This document shows positions 13,376-27,500 of a stretch of 64,000 bases of DNA, piece by piece (the first letter of the stretch is position 1; the number at the start of each line of letters is the position of its first letter). Source of the DNA: Phoronis australis (lineage: Eukaryota; Animalia; Phoronida); assembly GCA_002633005.1 (NCBI GenBank), contig NMRA01000161.1, positions 600,959-664,958 on the forward strand, in the 5' to 3' direction. The translations under genes and the position numbers were made by a program. The notes beneath the pieces were generated by a model that was not told the DNA's origin, did not search any database, and worked only from the letters and a program-made list of their open reading frames with translations.

Positions 13376-15945
13376 CAGTTCATTAGTGCTTGATTTAAGG
13401 TTGTGTGGGACTTTAGAAAAATATCCAGATTTGACTAACTGCAGGGAGTCATATAATCAGAAATGGCTGGTCGCTTTCACATGAAATTTTCAATTCTGTG
13501 CTATAAGCACTGTTCTCTAAATGTCTATTGGAAATTTATTGAAAACATTGCGTTTTTTGAATGACTTGGAAAAAAACAAAAATGACATAGGTTGCTAACA
13601 AAATAATATAAAAAAATTTAAAAGAGTTTTTAGATTTCATCTTGGGCATTTGCATAAAAAACTTGGCATTTTGTTGATACTGTTGTTCTGCAATCAATGC
13701 ACCTTAGTTTCTTGTTTGCTTAATTTTGCTAAAAGAGGTCGCCATGTGATCAAATTAGTGGGAGATTGGTATTATGAAATTTTACGAACTTTCTGCTTTC
13801 ACAAAATACAGTTTTACCGAGTTCAATCCTCACTTTTGTAGATATTTGACTGAATGCACAGACTTGTCTGTAAGGTCCTACATAACCTTAAGCTTAATTT
13901 TAGTTTAGTGATTGTGGTGCTGTTGGGTTAGAGAAGAGAAGACTACCAGTCAAGTTTGAGTGATCATAATTTATCATAAAAGGTTTTGAAAAGCAGGTTT
14001 TTATGAATTCATATGAATGATATAATATGGTGTTAAGTGGTTGAATTATCGGATAGAAAATGTTCATGCAAACTTTATCATCAATAGCTGATTTTCCATT
14101 AGCTGTGCCATATATAAATTCATTATCCTGTCTGATGGCGACCACTGCGTTTGGTGGACACTCCGTTCAGCGCCTCCTACAGATCCCATGTGGTATGAAT
14201 AACTTTCTTGCTATCTTAGTGCTGGCAAATTTTCACTGATTTGTGGCTTACGGAAAAAGGCAAACTTTATTTCATGAACGACATCATGTCTCATATATTT
14301 TCCACTGCAAAGAAACAGACAGTTGCATAGTTGGTGGCTATGACTGATATGGGAGAATTTCAATCTCAGCCTATATTAAAAAAGCTAATCTGAATAAGCA
14401 AACTTAACCTAATCAAACAAAGGGAGGGTTGACAATGGGATTTATTTCTCTGTTTTTAAATTATTGAACTGCTGTGTAGTTGTGAATTTCTGTCCACCAA
14501 ACTTGAGTCGGGATCAAGCAGAAGTTGCTTTTTTACTCTTATTATGGTAGAGAGCGCCAATATGAAGTCACCTATTGTGATAATTTATCAGATTTCTTTT
14601 CACCCAACAATTGATGTTCAAAAGAGAGTTGCTGTGAATGGCGCTAAGAATTAGGATCATTTGTCATGAGCCTGATATGTATTCATATCAAGCGAAATGG
14701 GGGTTATCCATGTCTGACAGGGGAGACTATCCTTCAAACAGCTAAACTGTTGGAAATGGATTCTGCTACTTCTGCTGTCGGCCATTTTAGTTTTCAACTA
14801 CTTAACCCTTTATGAAGCTTGGCATGAAGGTGTGTCGCCACCATGTTGGTTCTGTGATGGGTACGACCATTTTGACACCCCCAATTGCCCATTTTATTTT
14901 TGGCAGAGTTCTCCTTGTTCGTCATTCAGTTTTGATTATTATCCTCACAAAAATTGTAAAAAGCTAGACAGTTGTGGTAATCCACCTTCAATTGTGTTTA
15001 TTTAATGTGGTTGCATATAAATTTTCTTGTTTTATATCCAATTGGTGGGAGGGGAGATTTGAAAAGCCCCTGAGGCAGTGTATTAGATACAACCATCCCT
15101 TTCAATGTGCACCCCTTTTAAAAATACGAGCGCAATCCCAGAAATCGCTTTCACGTTATATCCAGGTTCTCAATTACTCTCCTGCATTCATTTATTTACT
15201 AGTAAAACGGAGCTCTGAGGAGTAGGTGACACCTTTGTACAATGCTTGATTGTCAGCAAGTAAAGCTAGGATTCATGTCTCCCAAACGGGAGTCTGAATC
15301 TCAAACCTAAAGCCACACTGTCTCCTTACTTCGGCTTAGCCAAATGTGCGTCCCTTTGAAGATGATCGTGACTGAAGTGAACTTTCGAAAACTAGACCCT
15401 CATCAAATGAACATTCCAGCATATGGGCCCCGCCACAAATTCGGGTCCCACTTTTGCTCTCAGAAATGGGCAATAATCAGTTTCTGAGGTGATGTTCTAA
15501 ATTCCGAGGTGATGCTGTTTTTCTCTGCATTTTTCTGATTTTGCAGCCCATTGTAGAATGTCTGCATTACTTGTGTATCCATCAAAGGGATGTTTCAGGA
15601 CTTCGTGTGGGCATAGTGAGATCCATAAACTTTACCCTTGTTGAAGTCAAAATTACCTTAAACAGGTGATGTGGGTAACGTTGACCAGCCTTAAAAAATT
15701 ACTTTCACAAGAAATCTTGAAGTTTGTGTATCCATTAAAGTTTCTGGTGTTTGTCTCCCCCTTCCCCAAGCATTGGATGCACGGCTTCATCTGGCAACCA
15801 TGTGTAAAATTATTACATGTTTGCAATGCTGATGTACATTATCTTGATATTCGAACATGCTTGTGTTTGGTGCATTCAGACAATCTTGCTTAATTGTGCC
15901 AGTCATGGTTATTTTGTTGAAAAATCACCATAGAAAATCCACCAG

Positions 15946-16418
15946 AATAAACTTTTTTAAAAATAAATGTATTTTTATATAATTTAGTTTCATAGTCAAA
16001 GAACAAAGATTGCATAACACCCACGTTGTTTTATATCAAGAGACATAGTCGAGAAATTTTGGTTCTGGAACAGAAACAGTGAATTTTCTCTTATAATCAA
16101 CATTCCAGCCTAACCAGTGAAGCACCTCATTGGCAGCCAGTTTGCTGGTTGACGCAAGTAAGGTTGAGAGAGTACTTGCGAAGCGCTCTCCTTTTACTTG
16201 CCAAATTTGTTCAATGGAACGCACACGTTATGTAAGCAGAGATGAATTGTGTTGTGATTTTGACAAAAATGTGCTCGTCTAAAAATCGCAATCTACACAA
16301 ATCAAGTTTTCTTAACCAATGGAGTTTCAGTGCAAATAATATTAACACGTCTTCTGATATGTCATTACAGAGATGATTTATAAGTTAACTTTTTTATTTT
16401 AAATAGTACAATTTTATT
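15946..16418. terminator. Candidate convergent polyadenylation signals for MITD1 (+) and CEP135 (-)
   Basis: AATAAA on + at 15946 and 15962 and on - at 16393-16398 and 16413-16418. The T-rich to A-rich strand skew switches around here. This implies 3' UTRs of about 2.6 kb and 2.2 kb. Confidence 0.4.
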
Positions 16419-18561
16419 CATTATTCATAGTAAATTTATAAAAATATAACATCAAATGCTAATCAAGACCTACAATAAAAGCGTGATATGCCATTCAGCT
16501 TCAATAATAATTATATTGCCACACCAGAAAGAACAATGACGGACCATCTCAAACAGAACATCCAAAATACAAACATTTCGCCAATGACATGCAAATGTAT
16601 GGAACAAAACCCACAATAACTCGAGACAAATTTGCAGCATCAGGAAAAGCATGGTCTGCATACCAGTCTTAATCCGAGAAAACCTTGCGTGTTGAAGAAG
16701 ATTTAACTTCTCAGAAGTTTTCTAGTTTAGAGAGTTTCAAAAAATGAAGTGCTTTATCTACAGTACAAGCCAAAAGTATCCAAATACGATATAAACCCAG
16801 ATTCCCTGTAATGAAAGCTGGTGAAAGCCACATTCATTGCCAAAGTAGTTTTACTCCCAATATAGAGAATGAAAGAGAATTAACAGGAAAGTTAGTAAAG
16901 GTGGCAAAGCCATTGGCCAGATAATAATTATTGCCATTTATTTTTGCTGTAAACAAAATTACTTGTCATGATGGAAAAATGCTATTTGGTCTAATTACTT
17001 TATTTTTCTCTTGTGTTGTACTTTTTGTCTGTTGTCAGCTTCGCCTTGGGCAAATTTAGCATTGTTTACGTACCTTCTCTACTTTCCTTGAAAACTGACT
17101 TGTTATTAGAAGAATGAAGCACAGATAACAATACCAAAAGGTCACAAATTATTCATGTTCAACAATCAGATTTTAACTAGACTGTGACATAGATTGTTCA
17201 TAGTTGATTCGCTTTCAGTCAGACTTCGTCTTGGACAAACTCTCACTCAGGTTGGAAGCGACACTCACTTAAACAAGATGCAACCAACAAAAACCAGAGG
17301 TATTTTGCACTCATATCAGCAGCTCGACGTTATACTATATAAAGACAAAGGTATACCACAGCTTTCTCTAACATAGTATCATGTCAGACAGTTGATAAAT
17401 GTGACTTGTATTTCTAACAAATCTCAAGTCTTCACAATTGCCTTTTCTACAATCGTTTAAGGACACATTCAAATAATAAATACAAACAAACACTAGACAC
17501 CATAGAAGCAAAAATTCAGCTAAATCACCAGCATAAGCTGGTCGAGCTACAGTTCAGCGACTACATTCAAACAAAAATGTGGCACATCTTTTCACAACAC
17601 AATACTCGATGTACAAGTTCGATACTAACAGTTCAATGCTTGCATGCAAAGCTCTTAACGAAACAATTCTTCAATCCACATGGAAGGCAAAACATCACAC
17701 CACAACAGGCATATAACCAGGGATCGGAGATAGGTACTCAAATTCCCACACAAGGGTAAAGTCAACCCAAATGATCAAAAATGATAAGGTACGTGTCGAA
17801 TTACTTATCAGCAGCTGCTTATGGCCGGCTACCATGAGTGTACCCATTGCTTGTTCAAGCACATGTTCACTGTTGCAATTTGAACGTTTTAGTGACTTGG
17901 AATTAACATCTGGCTTCAGGCAAAATGTGATGAACAGATAGATGTTGGCATATATTTTCACACTGACAAAAATTGAAGCATTTTCATTTCCTGTCTGCAA
18001 GATGACATACGACCCTTTAACCTCTCAGACAAAATACTGTCTAGAACATTGTAACTTGAGTGCCATGTAACATTGAGTGGTTGACTCTCTAGTCAGCTAC
18101 ATGGGTTATCAAGCATAATAGTTAAAAGACACAGGCAAGTGAGCAACGGCAATTGGTGAATTATGTGCAAAGCCCGGGCTCTGCAATTCATCAAGACGTC
18201 GCAAATCTCCACGGTAGATATAAAACTAATCCCAAACATGGGACAAAATTTACACCGCTATCTACTCCAGTCGCATTCGAGGTATTAACTATCTGTTACT
18301 TTTGTGACAAGACAATGCATCATTTTGCGTAGTCGATTCAGTAAATAGTTAGTGCAACCCACAATTCAGCGTTGTGTCTGCAACACCCCGAGGCACGTCA
18401 CTGTTTCAGTTTCACCACGGCATGCCTCCACAGTTAACTCCCCTGTCAACCAGAGGCGCTTGCGTCTGCTCACGGTTTCTGATGACTGACTAGACACACC
18501 GTTCAAAGTTGGCGCTGGATGAAAGTGATGAATGATGGGAAAACTAGACCTACTGATACTA

Positions 18562-21500
18562 TCATCTTTCGTCATCGTTGTTCCGTCGGTTGAATGATGT
18601 TGATGGGGAAGAGGATGCCCGTGATGGACTCCTGAAAATTAATTATACATTAAAAAAGATAGCAAAAGCACTGGGCAAAAGTAAGCAATAAGGAAATGAC
18701 AGGCTCAGAGATATTACAGGTTGAAGATTTGTATACGTTTCAGACCACACTCTAAGGCCCTTCGTCAACAAATGGCTGACTGGTGGTGTACAGTGTCGTT
18801 TGAAAAGAACAAATTTTAAACCTGCATGAAGTTTTGTTCTGCCTCATCAGAGACTATGTAGCACTGGTTTCCTAGCAAGAAGAGTAATCTTTAAAGTGAA
18901 ACCTTAAGTTAATTATATAGTATATGAGGCAGCACATGATAAAAATATCACACAAAGCATGTACAGAGAGTATTTTTAAAAACTCCCACTGTATAACGAA
19001 ACTAGTGTCCTACATCAAATGTGCCTATAGCTAAATTTCTTAAGGTGGTTTAGAGACCTGGTCTAACTTGAGGTTGGAATATGTTTAAAATAAACTTGCA
19101 CAAAGAAGGCATAATTATCAGTACAGTGAGTGGTCAAGCAAAACCTGGTTCAACTCAATTTCAGACCTGGTGTAAACAGTAAGCAGGCTTTCATTTCACC
19201 ACTGAGGTCTTAATATTGTGTGTGCATTTTCATTCATTCTGAGATAATTTTTTTTTATTTTTTAACTCAACATTTATTTTAGAGCACACAGCGACCAGCA
19301 GATATGTGCGCATAATTTTCTCACGAGCAAGACAACTCTGCATTGGTGCTTTTGTGTGTGTTGGCTAATAGTAACATTGAGATTGGTTAGTTAAACCATG
19401 CCACACAAGACTGGAAACTGTGATGTTCAAATACAGTTAGGAGACAGACATCAGAACCAGTAAACTAGACAATAGCCAGTGTGTATTGTGAACTTTGCTC
19501 TTAGCATAATAACATTGTACCCATGTTGCACTTTACCTGATTATGAATGATAAGCTGAACACAACACTTAATGGAACAGAATGACAACAACCTGCATCCA
19601 GTACTCAACACTAGTCATCTCAACAGCCTGCAGCAGGTTGAAAGCAATAAGAATGCATGATGTGGCTCTATCAATAAGCTGTGATCACATGACTTTTGAT
19701 GCAAAGAAGGTGCATATAGGAGTCAGTGCCAGGTGGTTCGAACCACAGAAACTGAAGTTACGAGAGTTTCTCATTCATCATTTCTGAATTTTATCGGTCC
19801 ATTTACACCAATCTCTTGCAAAATTAAATAGAGTAGATCTTGGTTTAAATAGACCACCAGATTTTAGAAATGTTACTACATAACCACCTCAAAGGAAGCC
19901 GTATTAGGAAGTTATTCTTGGTTTTTGTGTCAAGTGGTTGACTCCGTAGAAGTGGGAGAATAAACAACAGGCCTGACGAGAGTCTGTGTTTTAGGACGTG
20001 ATTCTAGATCTTTGTGTCAAGTCATTGATTGTGAAACAGTGGGAGTATAAATGTCTGGCCTGAACAGTATCTCTGTTTTAGGAAGTTATTCTAGGTCTGC
20101 ATGTCACGTGTTTGACTGTGTAGAAGTGGGAGTCAATACAAATGTCTCTATTTCCTGTCTTAAGTGGACACATACACACGCATGCTCACCAACCACACTA
20201 ACTAGCAACACACCAACAATGTCTTATGGCATTACAACTTGTGTCTGGAACTTGTTGACAATGTGAATTTCATTCCTTCACACACCCATAAAAAAGGTTT
20301 CCTACACTATCAGGACCAAAGTTCTTTATTGCAAATCTATTTTATGTAAGTGAAAGTAAATTTCAATTGTTCACTTCAGACATTTTCATTTCTGAACTGG
20401 AGGACCGGCAAGATGAAGTCAATAGAAATACAAAAATAAATCCAGTTAGGTTACGTAGGACCACAGACGAATGTCCAAATTTAACAAACGTCTCAGAAAT
20501 GGCTCATTGGATTCATAGGAAACTTCCTTAGTATGCTATACCTTATGCATCCTTCTTCAAAACATTGCCAACAATTGTGTTTAAAATGTTTCACTAATGA
20601 GCAGCTGTCAAAAAACTGGATGTCAATGATTTTCATAACAAAAAAAAATTAAAAAGCAGCAGAAAACAAAATAACAATTTAGAAAAATACAGCATTTTTG
20701 AAACTTAATCTTTAATATTTGCAGTAACAAAATTTGGTCATGTTATTGATACCCTCGTTTCGCTGTCGCTATACCTTGCCATTTCACTAAATTTTACAAG
20801 ACATGGTCACGTGACCCAATTCAGGCAGGATGGTAAAAAGTCAAAATCAAATTCTACAGGCTTTTTACTTTCAAACATACTTTTATTGATTTAAAATCTC
20901 TCGATACTTGGCTAAATGTAAAGACATGTTGATAAGGTCCTAAATAACCTTAACTTTAATTGGTTGTTATAGTTGAGCATGTGAGCAGGAGACATTCGAG
21001 CCAGAGTTCTGAGATGTAATACTGAGCCTGGGTTGAGGAGCCAGGCTTACAAATTGGCACAATGGACCTGAAGTTGAGTAGATCAAGTGACAAGGCTTAC
21101 AGTTCCAGAGACAAGCTATTCACACAACCTTGTATGTCAGCTGACAAAACGAAACAAAAGACGCAATTGCAAGCTGTATTACAAAGACTACTGATGATTA
21201 AACTCACCCAGGCTGTTTTGGGCTTATCAATATGCTAACCCTGTGTTAGAAGTATAGTCTCAAGAAACGTTATCACAAACTTTTTGCTGCACACATCACA
21301 CCATGAGAGATTCATATTCATATCGATCCCCAGAGCCACTCTCAGTATCACAACATTTATTGGTCAGCCACCATGGTCACATTTAATGAGCGTAAAATGG
21401 CTGATAACATCACAGGATATACCACCTTTGTTTGAACACAGCAACATAGGTTTGAGATGCAGTACTTTATATATTCGCCTGGCTTCAATAAACTTATGGA

Positions 21501-24500
21501 AGAAACTGAGATAATAATAGTAAACAGTCAAGTGGGAGGCGTGTCAACCATACCTGGGGCTGTGTGGCTTCGCTAAACGTGACATCCCTCTAGTGCTGTC
21601 TCCTGGTGGTGGGGTCAAACCATGCCTACGTAATTCTTGTATTGTCCGCTCCCTGGCAGAAAATAACAAATAACGTTAGGACGATAAAATTATCAACTAC
21701 GAAAGATACTTAACCACAGTTTTATGAGAAAAACTAACATTCATGCTAAACAGCAAGTATCCAAAGCAGTCTGCCACTCGCCAAAAAATGGACAGGTGGT
21801 TGAAAAATGTAGTTGCACATTTTAAATAAATGTTCTACGTCACTATTCACAGAGATTTGTGTATTTGCAAATATTTTTCAATTCCAGCATACGCCTTTGA
21901 GGAAAGGCAAATTACGTAAACTGTTGTGTAAGTCATCAAAATCCTTTCTATGTAATAGCCAATCCAGCCATACCTTTCAAAGCGTTCACCGGTAAGTTGG
22001 CGTCTCAGTCTATCAACATCAGACTCTAGTTCAACATTCCTGGACCGCAGTGTGGATATCTCCCGCTGTTGACTCTCCCTAACACAAAACATGTGAATGC
22101 GAAGATTCAAGCCACTGTAAACTGTGTTATGGTCTGGTGTCTAGTATTTGTACTCGAAATTGAACTTGAAATTATTTGCTACATTTTCCGGACTGCTTCA
22201 ATACGAACTCAATTAAGTTTCTATCATTCTGTGCTTGAGTATATCATGGTTTATGCAGTCAAGTGTCTAGTAAAAGTTTTCACTTGATGGACCATGGATT
22301 TAGGCTACAAACTCTAGTATAAACCAAAAAATTGCGAGTGAAAACAAGAATTAGACAGTCATCCACATAAACAATAACATGCTCGAGCAAAGAACCGTAG
22401 ACACTCGATCTTGAGTTCCAACTAAAGTGGAATGGAAAATGTCAAAAACAATTTCAAGTTTTGACTTAGAGTACAAAGATTAGACCACAGGCACAGTGTC
22501 AAAAACTACTAACATCCCAGCCCTATTTACTCTTCCAAAGCATTAAAGTGGACTTGTGTTCTTTTACTTAAATTTCAATTGATTGCAATGATATGCCTGA
22601 AATTCCCCCAACGACCACAGTTCCATGGTGGCTAAAACAAGCTTGCCTTGACAAGCAAACTTCATGAGCCAAGTGGGAAACAACAAACGCCTCTCAATTC
22701 TTGTTGAGCCAGTAGCTTATTTTTAATATGAGTAAACAAATTTTTTAAGGGCCTCAATTCAAACGATGGTTTTTTTGATAGAAGGCGTGTGTATATAAGC
22801 GCAATTACATGATACATTACAGAAAGGCGTGTTATATTTCAGGTTTTGGTGTTCAAAATTAATTTAAAATTCTGAAGAAACAACCGGTAATGTCCAAAAA
22901 CACAACTTTCTGTTATTTTCACCAAAATCACTACGGCTAAATCAACACTCATTCAATGCCATCCAGTTCCCCAACAGCTGAATAACAGCCCTCTTCACCA
23001 AAGTCTACCTACATCCTTTCATTCAATTTCAGCTTGTCACTCAACAGCTAAATCCCTAGCCCCGTACCAAGACCCAACCTGTCACCCTTACATTCAGCAT
23101 AGACGTGTCTTTCAACCTACATTTTAGTCTCAAATCTGGTCAGCCTTTCCCCAACAATTACATCCCTGCCACCTTCACCCAAGCCCAACCCATAAAATTT
23201 TACTCTCACTAAGCAGCAGCCTGTCTATCAACAGCAATATTCCCGCCACTTTCTCGAAACCCAACCCATAACCCTTACATTTTACTCTCATTCAGCGTCA
23301 GCCTGTCTCTCAGCAGCTGTATCTCCGCCCCTTTCTCCTGAGCTCCCAGCTGACTCTGGAACTCCTTCTCCCGGTTCTGTTGCAGCAGACTCTCCAGATT
23401 CCTCACTGACGCCCTCTCGCTGTTCATCTGGCTGCGCAGGATCTCAGCCTCGTGCTTGGCATCCTCCACCACATTTTGTAACTGAAACATTTTGCATATC
23501 AACATTACCGAAGAACGGCAGGAAAACTGCAACAACAACCAAACTTTTGAAGGTCTTTTATAGCGATTCTACAAAAACTTTTCCCACCAATCAGTATTGC
23601 TAGCACAAATGATGTGCTACTAGACTGTGTGCATTCAAATGCCAGCATACTGTCGCATTATGTACTGTTACATTATGGATGCTTGTTGAGGCATTAGATA
23701 AGCACGGATATACTAAGAACACTATCCAGATGATTTATTCAACATGGCCGAGACAGGAAGAAGTGAGAGAGCTCTCTGGTATAGGAAACATAATTTGAGC
23801 AAAGAGTCTAAAACAATGCTAAATAATACTAAGTTACAGTGAGATATCATGACACTACAACTCCAATGTGATCTCAGGACATCCAGTCCATCAAGTCTAT
23901 AGCTTATAATAACAGGATTTGGAACGACCAATGACACAAAAGAGGAAAATTTCCCAGGTGGTTTGTTGTACCACAAATAGGCTTGTGTGACAGAAATATT
24001 TTTTGTGTTGTAAAATTTAACTGAAATGAACGTTTTTGCATGAATAAAGTCACGATGTTAAAAGAGACGAAAAAAGAGGAAACCAGAAATAAAATAAGAG
24101 GAAATAGAAACCAAAGCGGAAATCCTCTTAAAAGAAGAAAAATGCAAGCCCAGTAATAACTTATTTAGAGCGAAGACAAAGCATGAGGTAACTATGCCAG
24201 ACTACCTTCGTTTGGTGGCTGCATTTGTTGTCAATACACTTATACCAGACCAACATCTGCATAAGTGCTGAATCATCCATGCAAACCAGTTTTTGAAAAC
24301 AAAATACCAATGCAAAGTGGTTCATGACAATTATTCAACACTCCAACACATGACTTGTGTGACTGATCCTTCTGTTCATTCATTGTTTATGAACACAGAA
24401 GTGATTCCATGATTGATACGGGTGACACAACGATTGATACGGGTGACACAATGCTCAAGCGCTTAAAGCTACACTTTGCCCTGCTAGGCTGGATAAAAAA

Positions 24501-27500
24501 CGATAACGGAATTAAACCTTTCACTGTCATAAGGTCAGTCTGATAATATTCCTGGTCTTGATAGGATTCCACTGATAGGAAGCAACAGGAGCATCAAACT
24601 CATCAACGACTTAAGAATTCCACTTCAGGCTTTATTAGGCTCAGCCAATCCTATAACTGCAAATGTGTGCATTGCCTGTGACTTGAGTTGGCAACGGATC
24701 CTATTACAGCCAGGAATATTACCAGGCCAAACTTATGAAAGTAAAAGACTTCGTTTTTTTTAGCCAGCTAAACAGTGTTAAACGCAGCTTTCAGTGACAT
24801 GTGTTCTTGATATTGACAGAACTCTACTCCAAAACCAATCAAGACCACAGTAATTGGTCAGACACGTTGACAAAAATCACCCAAGAACACACTTGCCCGC
24901 CTCTTACCTGTTCGTGCTCCAGCTCTTTAGTGCCCATCTGTCGCTGTAGTGTATCTTTGGCCACCTCTAGCTTGGTACACAGGTCTCTGGCCGCGGCCAG
25001 ATCCTGCTGAACGTTCGCCCTTTCCTCCTCCACCACACGCACATTGTCCTCCAGCTTGCTGACCGACCGCGTCAGCTGTGAAATCTGAGACTCATACGCC
25101 TGTTGTGCGTGAAGGTGCTACGGTAGAGAACGGGAACCGTGTGAGCAAAGTTTGAATCAACGAAAACACCAATTCAGAGTTCAAGTGTGAACAAAAGCAT
25201 TTACGACTTTGGAGTCATGTTATTGTCAGTGGACGCAACATTCAGACTTGTACACAAAATCCATTGTGTACACAGGGTTGTTGATGCGTTTCCCCAACAC
25301 ATTTCATGCAGTCTTCTTATGCCACTCCCTACATTTCAATGGGTTGCACATTTTCCAGCCATTTGAGGACCCTATGCACTCCATTTTTCAGTCAAATTTG
25401 AGCTCTGATTTCCATCTACTAGACTCCACTGAAACATGCTTTGTTCTTTGGTGCTGTTATCACCGTGCCCGACACTGTTCACAATGTCACTCAAGTTTAG
25501 TAAAAAATTAAAAGAAGAACATGTGCTGGAAATCATTGAGCAGCAATTGAATACTAAAAATGACAGAAAATGAGACAAGAAACAATTTGAAATGTTGAAA
25601 TATCTTTACAAATCAATCTATACCTTAGTATGGTAAGAATCAGATCAAAAGCCCCATTTTTGAGTTGTTCATCAGAATCTTAAACACTAATGGAGGCTGG
25701 ATGTTAGACAAGTTCAGAGTGGTAAAAGCTAATGAGTTTGTAAAGGATGACTCACCTCCCTAATTTCATGCTCCAGATTGTCTATCTTCTCCAGAAGTCG
25801 TCTGGTCTCAGACTCCCTGGTGGCCAACTCTAGACGTAAGCCAGACGTCTGACTCTCCAGTTGGTGAGTCTGTGTAGAATACTTTTCAGCTTCCAGTGTT
25901 AGAGAACGGTACTGGTTGAGCAAGTCGGTCCTTTCATCTTCCTGTTGAAGAGAAAACAGAATTTCAAACACTGAGCATTTGTCCTCATTCAACATAGTGC
26001 CACTCTTGTAGCAGACGTTTCGGCATTGAACATCAAAACAGTAATGTATGAAAAACCCAGCAGTATCACAACTTAAAATTTCCTCAACTACTCGAGATAA
26101 GCAGATAAGAAGTAACCCACAATAAGAGCAACACAACTGACTCCAATCATTTGACCTCCGTGGTCTGTAAGAAAGATCCTACCTCCTTATTTAGCATGTT
26201 CAAGTAATGGATCAACAATAACACTTGAAGGCAAACTGACTTCGGCAAAAAAAAGCAAGATTGGTTAGACAGCAGAGTGTGGTTTACTTTGAACCCCGGT
26301 GTCCAATGAGCGATGCATCACCCAACTTCCTCCTTCCAACCCACCTTGGCCGCCAACAGTTCCTCCGTTCTCTTCACTTCCTGTATATAATCCTGCACCT
26401 GCTCCCGTAGTGCCTCTCTGTCATCAACGGTCTCCTGAAGATCCACGTTGAGGCTCTGAAATGAGCAAACACGTGTTAAGCGAATCGCGTTAAAGTTAAA
26501 AATAAACACAGTGGGGAATCTGCAAGATTTGGCAAGTGGAAACGTCAGGGAGAACTACTAATTATATTGAAAAAATTGACTAGCTGCCTGACTAAGCGTA
26601 ATCCTGTGAATCTCAGATTACCTTACTTCAAAAGAGTTCTGCAGTGAAATGCACAAGCTAACATGTCGTGGAAATGTTAGTTTGAATAAGAGCACAAATG
26701 ATGCTAGGCAAGCGGCCTCACTTAAGACAGACAGCCACATTCAAGCTTACACAGTAATGGTTACCAAGAGACAAGGTCAGGGCTTGGAATGACCAATGAC
26801 AAAAAAGCGGAAGTTTTTACGGCCCAAAACCTGCGCGCACCTAGCCTTGAAATGGTTGATGTGGACCTTTGAAAAAAAAACAGTACCACCTCCAGAAGCG
26901 TGCGTCTGCATCTTTTTAGCTCGTCCGTCCACTCCCACCTTCACACATTTTTTGTTGCAGAGTCGTAGTATTTGTCACCGCGATTTACAATCACACGAGA
27001 CGCCACTGAAGAAATCCACCACGCTATCCCAGATGCCCCGGCAATGTTGACAATTTACGTTCCTCCGAAACATAAAGAGCAACTTCCGCTTTTCGAGGTG
27101 AAATTCATCGGCAACGCCACGGTAAGAAAAAAATTTGCGCAGAAATTTTATATAAAATCCGATTTTTTTACGCGGAAATATAATAAAATACGCGGACAGA
27201 ACATTTGAAAAAAGCGGAAATCCGCGTTTCCACGGAAAATTCCATGCCTTGCAATATTCTCCAAGCTCAGAATTCAATGTTGAAAGAAATGACTTGCTCA
27301 ACAAGCTATTCAATATTTTCTGACCAGTATGATTTACATTTTACTCAAGAGTCTTTCTAGCTATTCGATTAACAGATAGCACAATTCAAGCTTGGAATTA
27401 AATTCCAAACTGTGATGCACAGTTAAGCATTCTCAACCATGAGGAAATTGAGCATTTACACAACAGCTGTCCATTCGCACCTGGTTTTCCTTGGTCATGA

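Noticed and set aside
18366-18575. 69-aa ORF as the main CEP135 C-terminus
   Set aside because: Exon 23 ends in phase 2, which gives RSPSRASSSPSTSFNRRNNDDER* (stop 18562). The longer frame needs an unproven frameshifting exon.
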